This document shows, one piece after another, positions 63,792-64,000 of a stretch of DNA of 64,000 bases; position 1 is the stretch's first letter, and each line of letters opens with the position of its first letter. A program made the translations under genes and the position numbers. Source of the DNA: Paragordius varius (taxonomy: Eukaryota > Animalia > Nematomorpha); NCBI GenBank assembly GCA_964247055.1, contig OZ176058.1:496001-560000 (forward strand), given 5' to 3'. The notes below the pieces were generated by a model that worked only from the letters and a program-made list of their open reading frames with translations, was not told the origin of the DNA and did no database searches.

Positions 63792-64000
63792 TATTACACA
63801 TTTTTTTAAACCATGTGCTAATCAATTTTTTTTCATTCATAAAAATCTTTAATATACAGTAAAAACGACAAAATGTAAAAATGTAAAGACAAATATTTTT
63901 TTTCTAACAGAAAACCATACTTTTTTAATCTTGATATATTTCAACATAACTCATTGTTTTAAATGGCAAAGTATCAAATAAAGATATATAATACTAACAC

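Larger units (their letters stand above)
342..64000. mobile_element. MITE family A (about 45 full or partial copies, ~250-300 bp, TA TSD, Tc1/mariner-like CAGT ends)
   Basis: ~90-100 bp TIR TA|CAGTAAAAATTGAAATTATACGGACAAAACGTAAAAATATAAAGACAAATATTTTTTCTAAAAGACAACCATAC and its reverse complement recur throughout the window. Count is by eye. No coding capacity. Confidence 0.85.

Overview
Extremely AT-rich (well under 20% GC by eye) eukaryotic nuclear DNA, most likely an invertebrate animal. The ORF track misses the real genes because they are split into small exons, so I rebuilt them by hand from GT-AG junctions and reading-frame phase. There are two convergent host genes. (1) A 5-coding-exon, 157-aa four-TM protein of the LAPTM/DUF4728-like type (+, 903-12081). 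(2) Mitochondrial ribosomal protein mL38/MRPL38 (-, 42357-24991; 12 coding exons, about 844 aa, roughly twice the usual length). A 3488-bp Chapaev3-like DNA transposon (43286-46773; CACTGTG ends, TAA TSD, ~960-bp inverted arms) carries a transposase split by 21-, 27-, 21- and 58-nt introns. The rest is about 45 copies of a TA-flanked MITE, about 14 foldback MITEs with 21-bp repeats, minor MITE/SINE/LINE remnants, a ~4-kb segmental duplication and (TA)n tracts. The most striking unexplained signal is that the mL38 coding exons hold 18 CAGCTG (12 matching AWCAGCTGWT) plus 5 CACGTG palindromes, in different reading frames, while CAGCTG is nearly absent from the rest of the window. The same gene body almost excludes the dominant MITE. 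Other highlights are the ultra-short introns and repeated tandem duplication of exon-intron junctions.
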